This document shows positions 19,170-28,957 of a stretch of DNA of 64,000 nucleotides, piece after piece (the stretch's first letter is position 1; every line of letters starts with the position of its first letter). The stretch covers positions 10,000-73,999 of the forward strand of contig CANQQX010000001.1 of assembly GCA_947626115.1 (NCBI GenBank). Direction: 5' to 3'. A program made the translations under genes and the position numbers. Below the pieces are notes generated by a model. That model did not search any database, was not told where the DNA came from, and saw only the letters and a program-made list of their open reading frames with translations. The DNA is from an uncultured Bacilli bacterium (GTDB taxonomy: Bacteria; Bacillota_I; Bacilli_A; RF39; UBA660).

Positions 19170-22100
19170 ATGAAAAAACAAGTTGATGGTAATACTGCCT
19201 GTAGTAAAATAGCATATCTTTTTAGTGAAATATGTAGTATCTATCCAATAACGCCATCAAGTCCAATGGCATCAAATATTGATTATTTAACACATAGTGA
19301 TTTAAAAAATTTATATGAAAGCACTCCTAAAGTAATTGAAATGCAAAGTGAAGCCGGTGCTGCCGGAACACTTCATGGAGCATTGTTATCAGGGGCACTT
19401 TCTTCAACATTTACAGCTAGTCAAGGACTTTTATTAATGATTCCAAATATGTATAAAATAGCAGGTGAATGTCTACCAGGAGTAATCCATGTTGCCAGTA
19501 GAACGGTCGCAACTCATGCCCTATCCATTTTTGGTGATCACTCTGATATATATGCAACAAGACAAACTGGCTTTTGTATGTTATCATCATCTAATGTTTT
19601 TGATGCCCAAAACTTAGCAGCAGTTGCTCATTTATCGGCAATTAAAGGAAGTCTTCCTTTCTTACATTTCTTTGATGGATTTCGTACAAGTCATGAACTT
19701 AATACTATTGAAGAATTAAAAAGAGAAGATGTATTAAAATTAATTTCTTGGGATAGTATTAAAGCATATAAAGAAAGATGCTTAAATGTAGGCTGTAATA
19801 AACAATATGGTTTAGCAGAAAATGAAGACATTTATTTTCAATCAGTTGAGGCTCGTAATAATTTATATAATAATATTCCTGATATAGTTAATAATTATAT
19901 GCAAGAGATAAATAAAATAATGGGTACAGATTATAAACCATTTAATTATTATGGAAGTATTAATGCTCAAAATATAATTATTGCCATGGGAAGTATAACA
20001 GATACTATTAAACTTGTTATAGATGATTTAAATAAAAAAGGTATGGAAGTAGGTCTTATTAATGTTCATTTATATAGACCATTTAGTACTAAATATTTAT
20101 TAGATGTAATACCTTCTACTGTTAAAAATATTGCTGTTCTTGATAGAACTAAAGAAGCAGGTAGTATGGGTGAACCATTATATCTAGATGTGGTTAGTGC
20201 ACTTAAAGATAAAGATATTAACATTGTTGGCGGCCGCTATGGTTTATCTAGTAAAAATACGACACCAAAAGATATTTATAGTGTTTATCAAATGTTAGAT
20301 AGTAAACTACAAAATAATTTTACGATTGGTATAAATGATGATGTTACTAATTTAAGTTTAAAAGAATATGATTATCAAATTAATTTAAAGGCAAGAGAAA
20401 TCAAAATATTTGGCTTTGGTTCTGATGGTATGGTTAGTGCTTCCAAAGAAATTCTCAAAATAATTGCTAAAGATGATTTTTATGTTCAAGGTTATTTTGA
20501 ATATGATTCTAAGAAAAGTGGTGGAGTAACTGTATCTAATTTAAGATTTGCAAAAGATAAAATAAATGCACCATATTATGTGGAAAATCCGGAAATAGTA
20601 GTAGTTACTAAAGAAGAATATTTTCATAAATTTAATATTTTAGATAGTATTAAAGATGGCGGAATACTTTTAATAAATTCAACTAAAGAGAAAAGTGAGT
20701 TAAACGACTTTTTACCTAATAGTGTTAAACAAATTATTAAAGATAAAAATATTAAAGTATACTTTATTAATGCTTCTAAAATAGCTCTAGATAGTGGTAT
20801 TAAAGATAAGATAAATAAAATAATGGAAATAATTATTTTAAATTTATTAAATATAGAAAATGCTACAGACAAAGTAAGCAATTTAATTAAGGAAACGTTT
20901 GTTACCAAAGGAGAAGAAGTTATTAATAGTAATTTAAAAGCTATTAATAATGCTACTCACAATTTACAAACTTTAGATGTTACTTTAAATGATAAAGAAG
21001 ATATTAAAATAGAAGATAATATTTTTGCAAAAATAAATGCAAGACTTGGTAATACTTTAAGTGTTAGTGAACTTATGCCTTATCGTAGTGGTGCTTTTCC
21101 AGCTGATTTAACAAAATATGAAAAGCGTGGTATTGCTTATCAAGTACCAGTATGGGATCCAGTAAAATGTATTGAATGTGGTAAATGTAATATCGTTTGT
21201 CCACATGGAGTTATTCGTCCTCTACTTCTTAAAGATAAGGTAGGAAAAGATGCAACAGGAGTTAAAGATTATAATTTCTATTTAGCAATATCCGAAAAAG
21301 ATTGTACATCTTGTGGTTTATGTATTAAAAATTGTCCTACTAATGCTTTAAGTTTTGGTAATGGTAGTAAAGAAAATAGAGAAATTGTTGATAAATATTT
21401 TGATACTTATGAAAATCCAAAAGTTTTAGATAAATTTAATATTAAAGGGGCAAGTTTAGAGCAAAGTAAATTTAAATTTCATGGTGCATGTGCTGGATGT
21501 GGAGAAACTCCTTATATAAAATTACTTACCCAATTATTTGGTGATGAGTTAGTTGTAGCCAATGCTACTGGTTGTTCATCAATTTATGGTGGCAGTGCCC
21601 CATCAACTCCTTATAGTATTCCATGGGCAAACTCTTTATTTGAAGATAATGCTGAATTTGCTTTAGGTATTCATTCATCTTATAAAATTAAAAGAGATAG
21701 AATAGAAGAAATTATGAAAAGTTCTTTAAATACTGTTTCTAGCGATTTAAAAGAGATATATCAAAAATGGTTAGATAATAGAGAAGATGCTACTATTACT
21801 AGAGAAGTAGCCAAACTATTAGAAGATAAAAATATACCAAAAGAACTAAAAGACTTAAAAGAATATATTCCATCAAGAGTAGTTTGGGCTTTTGGTGGTG
21901 ATGGCTGGGCCTATGATATTGGTTTTGGTGGCTTAGATCATATGTTAAGTCAAAATGAAAATATTAAATGTTTAGTTTTAGATACAGAGGTATATTCTAA
22001 TACTGGTGGTCAAGCAAGTAAATCAAGTAAGATGGGTGCAGTTTGTGAATTTGCTGACTTTGGTAAAAAAACTTATAAGAAAGATTTGTTTAGAATTGCG

Positions 22101-22505
22101 ATGAGTTATCCAAATTGTTATGTCGCAAGTATTTCTCTTGGTGCTAATATTATGCATACAATCAAGATAATGAAAGAGGCTATGGAACATAAGGGACCTG
22201 CTATTATAATTGCTTATTCACCTTGTGTTGAACATGGTATTAAAACTGGTATGTCTTGTTCTATTTCAGAAGAAAAACTAGCAGTTGATGTTGGATATCA
22301 ATTATTAATGCATTATAATCCAGAAGAAGAAAAATTATATATGGATAGTAAGGAACCAGAATTTAATCGTTATGAAGAATTTTTAGATAATGAAGTTAGA
22401 TTTAATGCTTTAAAAATTAAAGATAGAGAACTTGCTGATGTTTTACTTACTAATCAAAAAGAAAATGCCATTAAAAGATATAATTATTATAAAAAATTAT
22501 TGTAA
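19170..22505 (+). CDS. nifJ: Pyruvate:ferredoxin (flavodoxin) oxidoreductase, single-polypeptide PFOR
   Basis: 1111 aa. Two ferredoxin-type CxxCxxCxxxCP motifs (CIECGKCNIVCPHG; CTSCGLCIKNCPTN) and a TPP-binding C-terminal region (GGDGWAYDIGFGGLDH). Confidence 0.9.
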   Translation: MKKQVDGNTACSKIAYLFSEICSIYPITPSSPMASNIDYLTHSDLKNLYESTPKVIEMQSEAGAAGTLHGALLSGALSSTFTASQGLLLMIPNMYKIAGECLPGVIHVASRTVATHALSIFGDHSDIYATRQTGFCMLSSSNVFDAQNLAAVAHLSAIKGSLPFLHFFDGFRTSHELNTIEELKREDVLKLISWDSIKAYKERCLNVGCNKQYGLAENEDIYFQSVEARNNLYNNIPDIVNNYMQEINKIMGTDYKPFNYYGSINAQNIIIAMGSITDTIKLVIDDLNKKGMEVGLINVHLYRPFSTKYLLDVIPSTVKNIAVLDRTKEAGSMGEPLYLDVVSALKDKDINIVGGRYGLSSKNTTPKDIYSVYQMLDSKLQNNFTIGINDDVTNLSLKEYDYQINLKAREIKIFGFGSDGMVSASKEILKIIAKDDFYVQGYFEYDSKKSGGVTVSNLRFAKDKINAPYYVENPEIVVVTKEEYFHKFNILDSIKDGGILLINSTKEKSELNDFLPNSVKQIIKDKNIKVYFINASKIALDSGIKDKINKIMEIIILNLLNIENATDKVSNLIKETFVTKGEEVINSNLKAINNATHNLQTLDVTLNDKEDIKIEDNIFAKINARLGNTLSVSELMPYRSGAFPADLTKYEKRGIAYQVPVWDPVKCIECGKCNIVCPHGVIRPLLLKDKVGKDATGVKDYNFYLAISEKDCTSCGLCIKNCPTNALSFGNGSKENREIVDKYFDTYENPKVLDKFNIKGASLEQSKFKFHGACAGCGETPYIKLLTQLFGDELVVANATGCSSIYGGSAPSTPYSIPWANSLFEDNAEFALGIHSSYKIKRDRIEEIMKSSLNTVSSDLKEIYQKWLDNREDATITREVAKLLEDKNIPKELKDLKEYIPSRVVWAFGGDGWAYDIGFGGLDHMLSQNENIKCLVLDTEVYSNTGGQASKSSKMGAVCEFADFGKKTYKKDLFRIAMSYPNCYVASISLGANIMHTIKIMKEAMEHKGPAIIIAYSPCVEHGIKTGMSCSISEEKLAVDVGYQLLMHYNPEEEKLYMDSKEPEFNRYEEFLDNEVRFNALKIKDRELADVLLTNQKENAIKRYNYYKKLL

Positions 22506-22536
22506 AAAAATAAGCATTCTAAATTAGAGTGTTTAT

Positions 22537-22848
22537 TTACTTTGATAAATCTTTAAATAATTCATCAACATTATTATAAGTTTTGACTTTCTTTTTACCA
22601 CTTATAATTTTATCTGCTTCTTTCAATGCTTTTTTTAAACTTCTACTTGGTTTAGTGTATATTTTGCATAGTTCACATTCATCTTCTGCTAGTTTAAAAG
22701 GCATTGCTTGCTCTTTAACACTTTGAATCAAAAATAAGTTTAAAGCAGTATCAGTATCAAAACCTAATTTTTTAAATAAAGAATCAGCTTGTTTTTTTAA
22801 TTCTTTATTAACTTTAATTTTAATTGTAGCCAATTTTAACACCCCCAT
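22537..22848 (-). CDS. RelB/DinJ-family antitoxin-like protein, orphan
   Basis: The N-terminus ATIKIKVNKELKKQADSLFKKLGFDTDTALNLFL...AMPF and the C-terminal ...VDELFKDL both resemble E. coli DinJ. There is no room for a RelE/YafQ toxin gene downstream. Confidence 0.5.
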   Translation of the reverse strand: MGVLKLATIKIKVNKELKKQADSLFKKLGFDTDTALNLFLIQSVKEQAMPFKLAEDECELCKIYTKPSRSLKKALKEADKIISGKKKVKTYNNVDELFKDLSK

Positions 22849-22992
22849 TTACTAAATAAATTTTATCATATATTATTGGTTCAAATATAAAAAAGTATTA
22901 AAAAAGTTATAAATATACAAAAATTAACAAATTATTTACTTTTTGGCAAACATTTGTTATATTATATTTAATTGAATTGGGGGGATATTATA

Positions 22993-25900
22993 ATGAGAGA
23001 TTATTTATTAAGACAATTAGAAGGCTATATTTTAAATAGACATATAAATGATGCAAGATATGTTGATTATGAAGATGTTAGTTTATCTTCTGAAGATGAA
23101 CAAGGTAAAAATAAATCTTATGTTTTTAAAATAAAGCAAAATTTTTGGCGAAGAGAATCTGCTACTGTAAGAATAACTATGTATGATGATATCATTAGAA
23201 CTATATATTGTAATTGTAATGACTTTAAAAGATTTCATTCTTGTTGTCATATTCCTGCTGCTATAATGAATTCTGATGTTTTTGAAGAAATGGAAAGAGA
23301 TAATAAAAGTATATCTAAAATAATATTAAATACTTTTTCTAATGATAAAAGTATTATTAAGAAAAAAATAAAAGTATTATATTATTTAATTATAGATCAT
23401 TATTATAGTCATAATAGATTAAGTTTAAAATTAAAAATAGGTTATGATAAATTATATACTGTTGGGCAAAAATATAATAATTTTAAAAGTACTTATGAAA
23501 ATGGCGGAATTATAAAATTTGGTAAAGAATTTACCTATAATTCTAAAGAACATTATTTTGATGAAGAAGATAAAAATATAATAGAATTTATTTTTGATTA
23601 TGGCACTTTTAATTATGATTGCATAAACTTTAGACATAATGATACTAATAAATTTTTAAAATTATTAAGTAATAAAACATTTTATGTAGAAAATATTGGT
23701 TATATTGAAGGCATTAAAGATAATTTTCCTTGTGAAATTAGTTTAAGTAAAAAAGATGATATTTATAATTTAGATATTGATTATAAAAATATTGAACCAA
23801 TTTCTGATAATTATGAATATGTATTATATAATAAAGATGTTTATCATTTGAATAGTGGGTATCAAAAATTAATACAATTATTAGAAGATAATCATATAAA
23901 AGAGTTAGAATTTACAAAAGATGAGTTAAATAATTTTAATAAAGGAATTTTACCAGTTATTAAAAATGATCTTAAAATAGATAATAATTTAAAAGAAGTT
24001 ATTAGTTTTATGAAACCAACTGTAAAATTATATTTTGATATGAATTTAGATAATATAATTTGTAAAATAAAATTATTATATAATAATGAAGAAATAGATT
24101 ATTTTGATAATTCAAAAGAAATATTAAGAGATGTAGATTTTGAAAACGAAATAATAGAAGATTTAAAAAATTATTATTTTAAAATTGAAAATAATAAAAT
24201 TATTTTAGATGATATAGAATTAATCGTAAACTTTTTGGAAAATGGTTTAAATGAACTTTCTCAAAAATATGAGATTTTTACATCAGAAAAATTAAAGAAT
24301 ACTAATATTAGAAAAAAATTAAATGTTAGTAGTAATTTCTCAATTGGGGAAGATAATATCATGCATTATTCTTTTAAAATAGATAATATTAATGATAATG
24401 AAATTAATAATCTTGTTAAATCTTTAAAATATAAGAAAAAGTATTACAAACTTAAAAATGGTGATATTGTTTCTTTAAATGATGATTCTATTAAAGATTT
24501 AAGTAATTTATTAGATGATTTAAGTATTGATGCTAAAGATAATGAAGGAGTTATTCCTAAATATCAAGCAATTTATTTAGATTATTTAAAAAGAAATAAA
24601 TATCCTAATATTAAAACTAATAATTTATTTGATAATTTTATAAAAAATTTTAAAGAATATCAAAATACTTCTTTAGAATTTAGTCCTAGTGAAAGAGAAA
24701 TCTTAAGACCATATCAAATTGAAGGAGTAGAATGGTTATATAATATTCATAAATGTGATCTTGGCGGAATTTTAGCAGATGAAATGGGGTTAGGTAAAAC
24801 AATTCAAACAATTTATTTTTTCAAGAAAATATTGGCAAGTGATAAAGATAGTAAATTTTTAGTAGTATGTCCTACTTCGCTTTGTTATAATTGGTTAAAA
24901 GAATTTGAAAAATTTGCTAAAACATTAAAAGTAACAATTTTAAATGGTAATAAAAATCTAAGAGTAAAAAATATTACTGATGATAAGGCTAATGTTTACA
25001 TTACTTCTTATGGAATATTAAGAGAAGATATATCTTTATATGAGAATAAAAACTTTAAAGTATGTGTAATTGATGAAGCTCAAAACATAAAAAATCCTAA
25101 TTCATTAATTACTAAAGCAGTTAAAAAAGTAAATGCTGATACCAAAATTGCTTTAACAGGTACACCTTTAGAAAATTCTATTTTAGAATTATGGAGTATA
25201 TTTGATTTTATTATGCCAGGCTTTTTAAGTAGTGCTGCTAAATTTAATGAAAAATATCATTTTAAAGATATTAATGATGATGCCAAAGAAAAAATAGCCA
25301 ATTTAAAAGCAATAACATCACCATTTATTTTAAGAAGAAAGAAAAATGATGTAGTTAAAGAATTACCAAATAAAATAGAGAATAATATTTTTATTGATTT
25401 ATGTGAAGAACAAAAACAAATATATGCTTTAGAAGTTAAAGAAGTAAAAGAAAAGATAGAAGAATTATTACAACAAGGAAGTTTTAGTAGTAAAAGAGTA
25501 GAAATAATAACCCTTTTAACTCGTTTAAGACAAATATGTATTGATCCTAGATTAATTTATGAAAATTATAATAAAGAAAGTTCTAAAATAGAAGAATTAG
25601 TTAAGATAGTTTTAACAAGTATTTCTAATGGTCATAAAATTCTTTTATTTACTAGTTTTAAAAAAGCCTTAGATATTGTTAGAGAAAAATTTACGGAAAA
25701 TAATATAACTTATTATCAAATTGATGGTAGTGTTAATAGTAAACTTAGACAAGATTTAGTTGATAAATTTAATAATGATAAGACAAATGTATTTTTAATA
25801 ACTTTAAAAAGTGGTGGTACAGGTCTTAATTTAACAAGTGCTGATGTAGTAATTCACTTAGATTTATGGTGGAATCCACAAGTAGAAAATCAAGCCACTG

Positions 25901-26100
25901 ATAGGGCCCATCGTATTGGTCAAACAAAAAAAGTTGAAGTTATTAAATTAATTGCCAATGGTACAATAGAAGAAAGAATATTAGAATTACAAAAGAAAAA
26001 ACAATTGCTTTCTGATGAATTAATTGAAAAAGGCGAAGAAGGTAATATTAGTTTAGCAAATTTAACCGAAAATGATATAAAGAGATTAATTGGAATTTAA
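22993..26100 (+). CDS. SNF2-family helicase with N-terminal SWIM zinc finger
   Basis: SWIM motif CNCNDFKRFHSCCH, followed by helicase motifs GLGKT, DEAQNIKN, LTGTPLEN and DRAHRIGQ. RBS gggggg before the ATG at 22993; the ORF track starts at 22972. Confidence 0.85.
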   Translation: MRDYLLRQLEGYILNRHINDARYVDYEDVSLSSEDEQGKNKSYVFKIKQNFWRRESATVRITMYDDIIRTIYCNCNDFKRFHSCCHIPAAIMNSDVFEEMERDNKSISKIILNTFSNDKSIIKKKIKVLYYLIIDHYYSHNRLSLKLKIGYDKLYTVGQKYNNFKSTYENGGIIKFGKEFTYNSKEHYFDEEDKNIIEFIFDYGTFNYDCINFRHNDTNKFLKLLSNKTFYVENIGYIEGIKDNFPCEISLSKKDDIYNLDIDYKNIEPISDNYEYVLYNKDVYHLNSGYQKLIQLLEDNHIKELEFTKDELNNFNKGILPVIKNDLKIDNNLKEVISFMKPTVKLYFDMNLDNIICKIKLLYNNEEIDYFDNSKEILRDVDFENEIIEDLKNYYFKIENNKIILDDIELIVNFLENGLNELSQKYEIFTSEKLKNTNIRKKLNVSSNFSIGEDNIMHYSFKIDNINDNEINNLVKSLKYKKKYYKLKNGDIVSLNDDSIKDLSNLLDDLSIDAKDNEGVIPKYQAIYLDYLKRNKYPNIKTNNLFDNFIKNFKEYQNTSLEFSPSEREILRPYQIEGVEWLYNIHKCDLGGILADEMGLGKTIQTIYFFKKILASDKDSKFLVVCPTSLCYNWLKEFEKFAKTLKVTILNGNKNLRVKNITDDKANVYITSYGILREDISLYENKNFKVCVIDEAQNIKNPNSLITKAVKKVNADTKIALTGTPLENSILELWSIFDFIMPGFLSSAAKFNEKYHFKDINDDAKEKIANLKAITSPFILRRKKNDVVKELPNKIENNIFIDLCEEQKQIYALEVKEVKEKIEELLQQGSFSSKRVEIITLLTRLRQICIDPRLIYENYNKESSKIEELVKIVLTSISNGHKILLFTSFKKALDIVREKFTENNITYYQIDGSVNSKLRQDLVDKFNNDKTNVFLITLKSGGTGLNLTSADVVIHLDLWWNPQVENQATDRAHRIGQTKKVEVIKLIANGTIEERILELQKKKQLLSDELIEKGEEGNISLANLTENDIKRLIGI

Positions 26101-26190
26101 TGTTATAAAAAAGAATATTTAGAAATACAATCTAATATTCTTTTTGTATACATTTAAAAAATGAGTTAAAAATAATAAAGAGATATAAAT

Positions 26191-26724
26191 ATGAGTTTAA
26201 AAAAGTATAATCAAAAAAGAAATTTTAATAAAACGAAAGAACCTAAAGGTAAAAAAGAATCATCATCAAAGAGGCTTAAATTTTGTGTCCAACATCATTT
26301 AGCAAGTCATGACCATTATGATTTTCGTTTAGAATTTAAAGGCGTTATGAAAAGTTGGGCAGTACCTAAAGGTCCATCATATAATCCGAAAGATAAAAGG
26401 CTAGCCGTAAATGTTGAAGACCATCCCTTATCATATCGTAATTTTGAAGGAATTATTCTCGAAGGTGAATATGGTGGCGGTACTGTTATGCTTTGGGATA
26501 GAGGTACTTATAAATTATTAGAAGTAAATAAAGATTCTTTTAAATTTACTTTATATGGTAAAAGATTAAAAGGTAATTGGGCATTAGTTAATTTTAAAGA
26601 TAATAATTGGTTACTAATAAAAGAAGAAGATAAATATGCTAACTTTATAGATATAAAAAAATATACAAGAAGTATCAAAAGTAATTTAACTATGAGAGAA
26701 ATAAAAACAAAATTTTCAAAATAA
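26191..26724 (+). CDS. Stand-alone LigD-type 3'-phosphoesterase (PE) domain protein
   Basis: FCVQHHLASHDHYDFRLE...KSWAVPKGPS is the LigD PE-domain signature. 177 aa, with no ligase or polymerase domains. Confidence 0.8.
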   Translation: MSLKKYNQKRNFNKTKEPKGKKESSSKRLKFCVQHHLASHDHYDFRLEFKGVMKSWAVPKGPSYNPKDKRLAVNVEDHPLSYRNFEGIILEGEYGGGTVMLWDRGTYKLLEVNKDSFKFTLYGKRLKGNWALVNFKDNNWLLIKEEDKYANFIDIKKYTRSIKSNLTMREIKTKFSK

Positions 26725-26731
26725 AAAAAAC

Positions 26732-26755
26732 GAGACCACATAACCTTGTGGTCTC
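26732..26755. terminator. Hairpin terminator between convergent genes
   Basis: GAGACCACA-taacct-TGTGGTCTC, flanked by A8 on the + strand, which reads as T8 on the minus strand. Confidence 0.6.
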
Positions 26756-26873
26756 AAAGAATAAAAAGGGGTTGACTAGTGTGATACTAGCACCAATTCA
26801 AGGTTTTTCTCGAATTGGTGATTACTATCCTAATCGATTTTTATCCTTTTGTCAACCTTATTTTAACAATTTT

Positions 26874-28262
26874 TTAAAGTTTTTGTTTTAGGATATCTCT
26901 TGCCGCTACTAAGCCAGTTGCAGCAGCTACAACAATGTTTCCTGCCTTACCTGCACCATCCCCAACAAAATAGATATTATGTCCTTCTAATTTCATATTA
27001 TTATCAGTAGTTATTTCATTACTGAAGAATTTAATTTCTGGTCCATAAAGTAATGTTTCCCCATTATTAACACCAGGAATTATTTTATCTAAAGTTTCTA
27101 AACCTTCTAAAATATTTTTAATAATACGATGCGGAAGAACTAGAGCAAGATCACCTGCAACAACATCTTTTAATGTTGGTTCAATAAATCCTTTGTTAAT
27201 TTTTTCCATTGTTGAGCGTCTACCCATCTTTAAATCTCGAAGTGATTGAATAATTGGTTTACCATCACCTAAAGTATTAGCAATCTTGGCAATACATTCT
27301 CCATATTCTCTCGTATTAGTAACAGGATGAGTTAAATTAACTCTAGAAATAAAAGCGAAGTTAGAATTATTTGATTTAGTTTCTTTTAAAGCATGACCAT
27401 TAACACAGATATAGCCATAATAATTTTCTTTCGTAACAAATCCTTCAGGATTAGTACAGAATGTTCTTATTTGATCATTATAAGTATCAGTCTTAATAAA
27501 TATTGTTGGATCATAGATAATACTACAAATATCTTTAAGTATTTCTTTTCTTACCTCAACTCTAACACCAATTTCAATACTTTGAGATACATAAGGTATT
27601 TGGTATTTATCAGCAAGTTCTTGTACCCATTTAGCACCAGTTCTGCCTGGAGCAACAATTACATATTTAGATGTAACTTTCTTTTCACTTTTACCTTCTT
27701 TATAAATAATATTATAAGTACCTTTTTCTTCTTCAATATCTATTACATCAGCATTTTCTAAAGTTTCAACCTTTTTATCTTCTAAATACTTAGTAAAGTT
27801 ATGAATATATTCTGGTAATTTATCACTACCTAAATGCTTTTGTTTAATAATTAAAAGATTAGCGCCTTCCTTAGCAATTTTCTCTTGAATTTTTCTTGCT
27901 TCATCCATATTAGATGGATAAACATCACTATCCATCCCAAATTTATTAAATATTTCTTCCGTATCATCAATTAATTTATTTGCTTCACTAATAGACATAT
28001 ATTTAAATAAATCAGATTTACCAAGTTTCGGAATAAAATTAAGTTTACCATCAGAGAATGTTCCAGCACCCCCAAAACCTGATAAGATATTACAAGGATT
28101 ACAATTAACACATACATTAGTTGTTTTCATTGGACAAACTCTGTTATGCGCAAATTTGCCTTTATCCATTAATAATATTTTTAATTTCGGATTATTTTGA
28201 ATTAATTCATAAGCTGCAAATAATCCCGCTGGTCCAGCCCCTATTATTACTACATCATACAT
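26874..28262 (-). CDS. FAD-dependent oxidoreductase (uncharacterised COG2509-like dehydrogenase)
   Basis: N-terminal dinucleotide-binding motif VVIIGAGPAGLFAA and a C-terminal FAD-binding motif (YFVGDGAGKAGNIV). Confidence 0.7.
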   Translation of the reverse strand: MYDVVIIGAGPAGLFAAYELIQNNPKLKILLMDKGKFAHNRVCPMKTTNVCVNCNPCNILSGFGGAGTFSDGKLNFIPKLGKSDLFKYMSISEANKLIDDTEEIFNKFGMDSDVYPSNMDEARKIQEKIAKEGANLLIIKQKHLGSDKLPEYIHNFTKYLEDKKVETLENADVIDIEEEKGTYNIIYKEGKSEKKVTSKYVIVAPGRTGAKWVQELADKYQIPYVSQSIEIGVRVEVRKEILKDICSIIYDPTIFIKTDTYNDQIRTFCTNPEGFVTKENYYGYICVNGHALKETKSNNSNFAFISRVNLTHPVTNTREYGECIAKIANTLGDGKPIIQSLRDLKMGRRSTMEKINKGFIEPTLKDVVAGDLALVLPHRIIKNILEGLETLDKIIPGVNNGETLLYGPEIKFFSNEITTDNNMKLEGHNIYFVGDGAGKAGNIVVAAATGLVAARDILKQKL

Positions 28263-28394
28263 ATTACCACTCCAAGATAAATTTTATCATAGATAAATAT
28301 AAAATACTATTATTTAATTTCTATGAAAAATTTGCTATAATTAATTAAATAAATACAAAAATAGACAAAAATTTTTATTTTTTGCAATAAAAAA

Positions 28395-28423
28395 TTGATA
28401 AATAAAAAAATTAATTGTATAAT
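28395..28423 (+). promoter_or_regulatory. Promoter TTGATA-17-TATAAT
   Basis: Near-consensus -35 and -10 elements with a TG immediately 5' of the -10. Almost identical to the promoter at 28912. Confidence 0.5.
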
Positions 28424-28447
28424 TTTAGTAGTGAAAGGAGTTTTAGG

Positions 28448-28882
28448 ATGTATACTTATGATACTGATTATTCTGGTTTAGAAAGCAGTATGAATCAAGC
28501 CGCTAATACTGCAGCTGGTATGGGAATTTGGGTAATCATTTCTTTAGTTATAGCAATTATTGGTGGTATTGTTGTTTACTATGTATTCTTTAAACCAGAT
28601 AAAGATATGCCAAATAAGTTCTTAACATGGTTAAAAGATTTCTTCAATTTTCATAAAATGTTAGTTGAAGATATGCTAAAAGTAATTTACATTGTTTTAG
28701 CAATATTCATTACTTTAGCATCATTCTCATTAATAGCTGTTAACTTTGTTAGTTTCTTACTAGTATTAATCCTTGGAAATTTAATTTTAAGACTTATGTT
28801 TGAATTTAGTCTTATAAATATTATGATTTGGAAAAATACTACAGATATTAACAAAAGACTTAAAACTAGCAAAAAAGACTAG
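28448..28882 (+). CDS. Small polytopic membrane protein, hypothetical
   Basis: RBS aaaggag before the ATG at 28448, with hydrophobic helices throughout. The ORF track starts at 28415. Confidence 0.45.
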   Translation: MYTYDTDYSGLESSMNQAANTAAGMGIWVIISLVIAIIGGIVVYYVFFKPDKDMPNKFLTWLKDFFNFHKMLVEDMLKVIYIVLAIFITLASFSLIAVNFVSFLLVLILGNLILRLMFEFSLINIMIWKNTTDINKRLKTSKKD

Positions 28883-28911
28883 AGAAATCTAGTTTTTTTA
28901 ATGTAATAAAA

Positions 28912-28940
28912 TTGATTATTCAAAAATTTAATTGTATAAT
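28912..28940 (+). promoter_or_regulatory. Promoter TTGATT-17-TATAAT
   Basis: Shares the ttaattgtataat block with the promoter at 28395. Confidence 0.5.
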
Positions 28941-28957
28941 TAATTTAGGTGATATAT

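Noticed and set aside
26757-26830. GC-rich segment checked as a possible tRNA
   Set aside because: It has no acceptor stem/T-loop (GTTCGAATC-like) architecture and no CCA-compatible end. It is interpreted as hairpins in a convergent spacer.
28415-28447. Longer start (28415) for the small membrane protein, and similar upstream starts for several genes: 6250 vs ~6271, 7888 vs 7915, 14144 vs 14159, 22972 vs 22993, 46475 vs 46484, 46920 vs 46956, 49350 vs 49359, 53594 vs 53624, 54609 vs 54660, 60081 vs 60099.
   Set aside because: The upstream codons lack an RBS or lie within promoter or RBS sequence. The downstream ATG sits at canonical spacing from a GGAGG-like Shine-Dalgarno.
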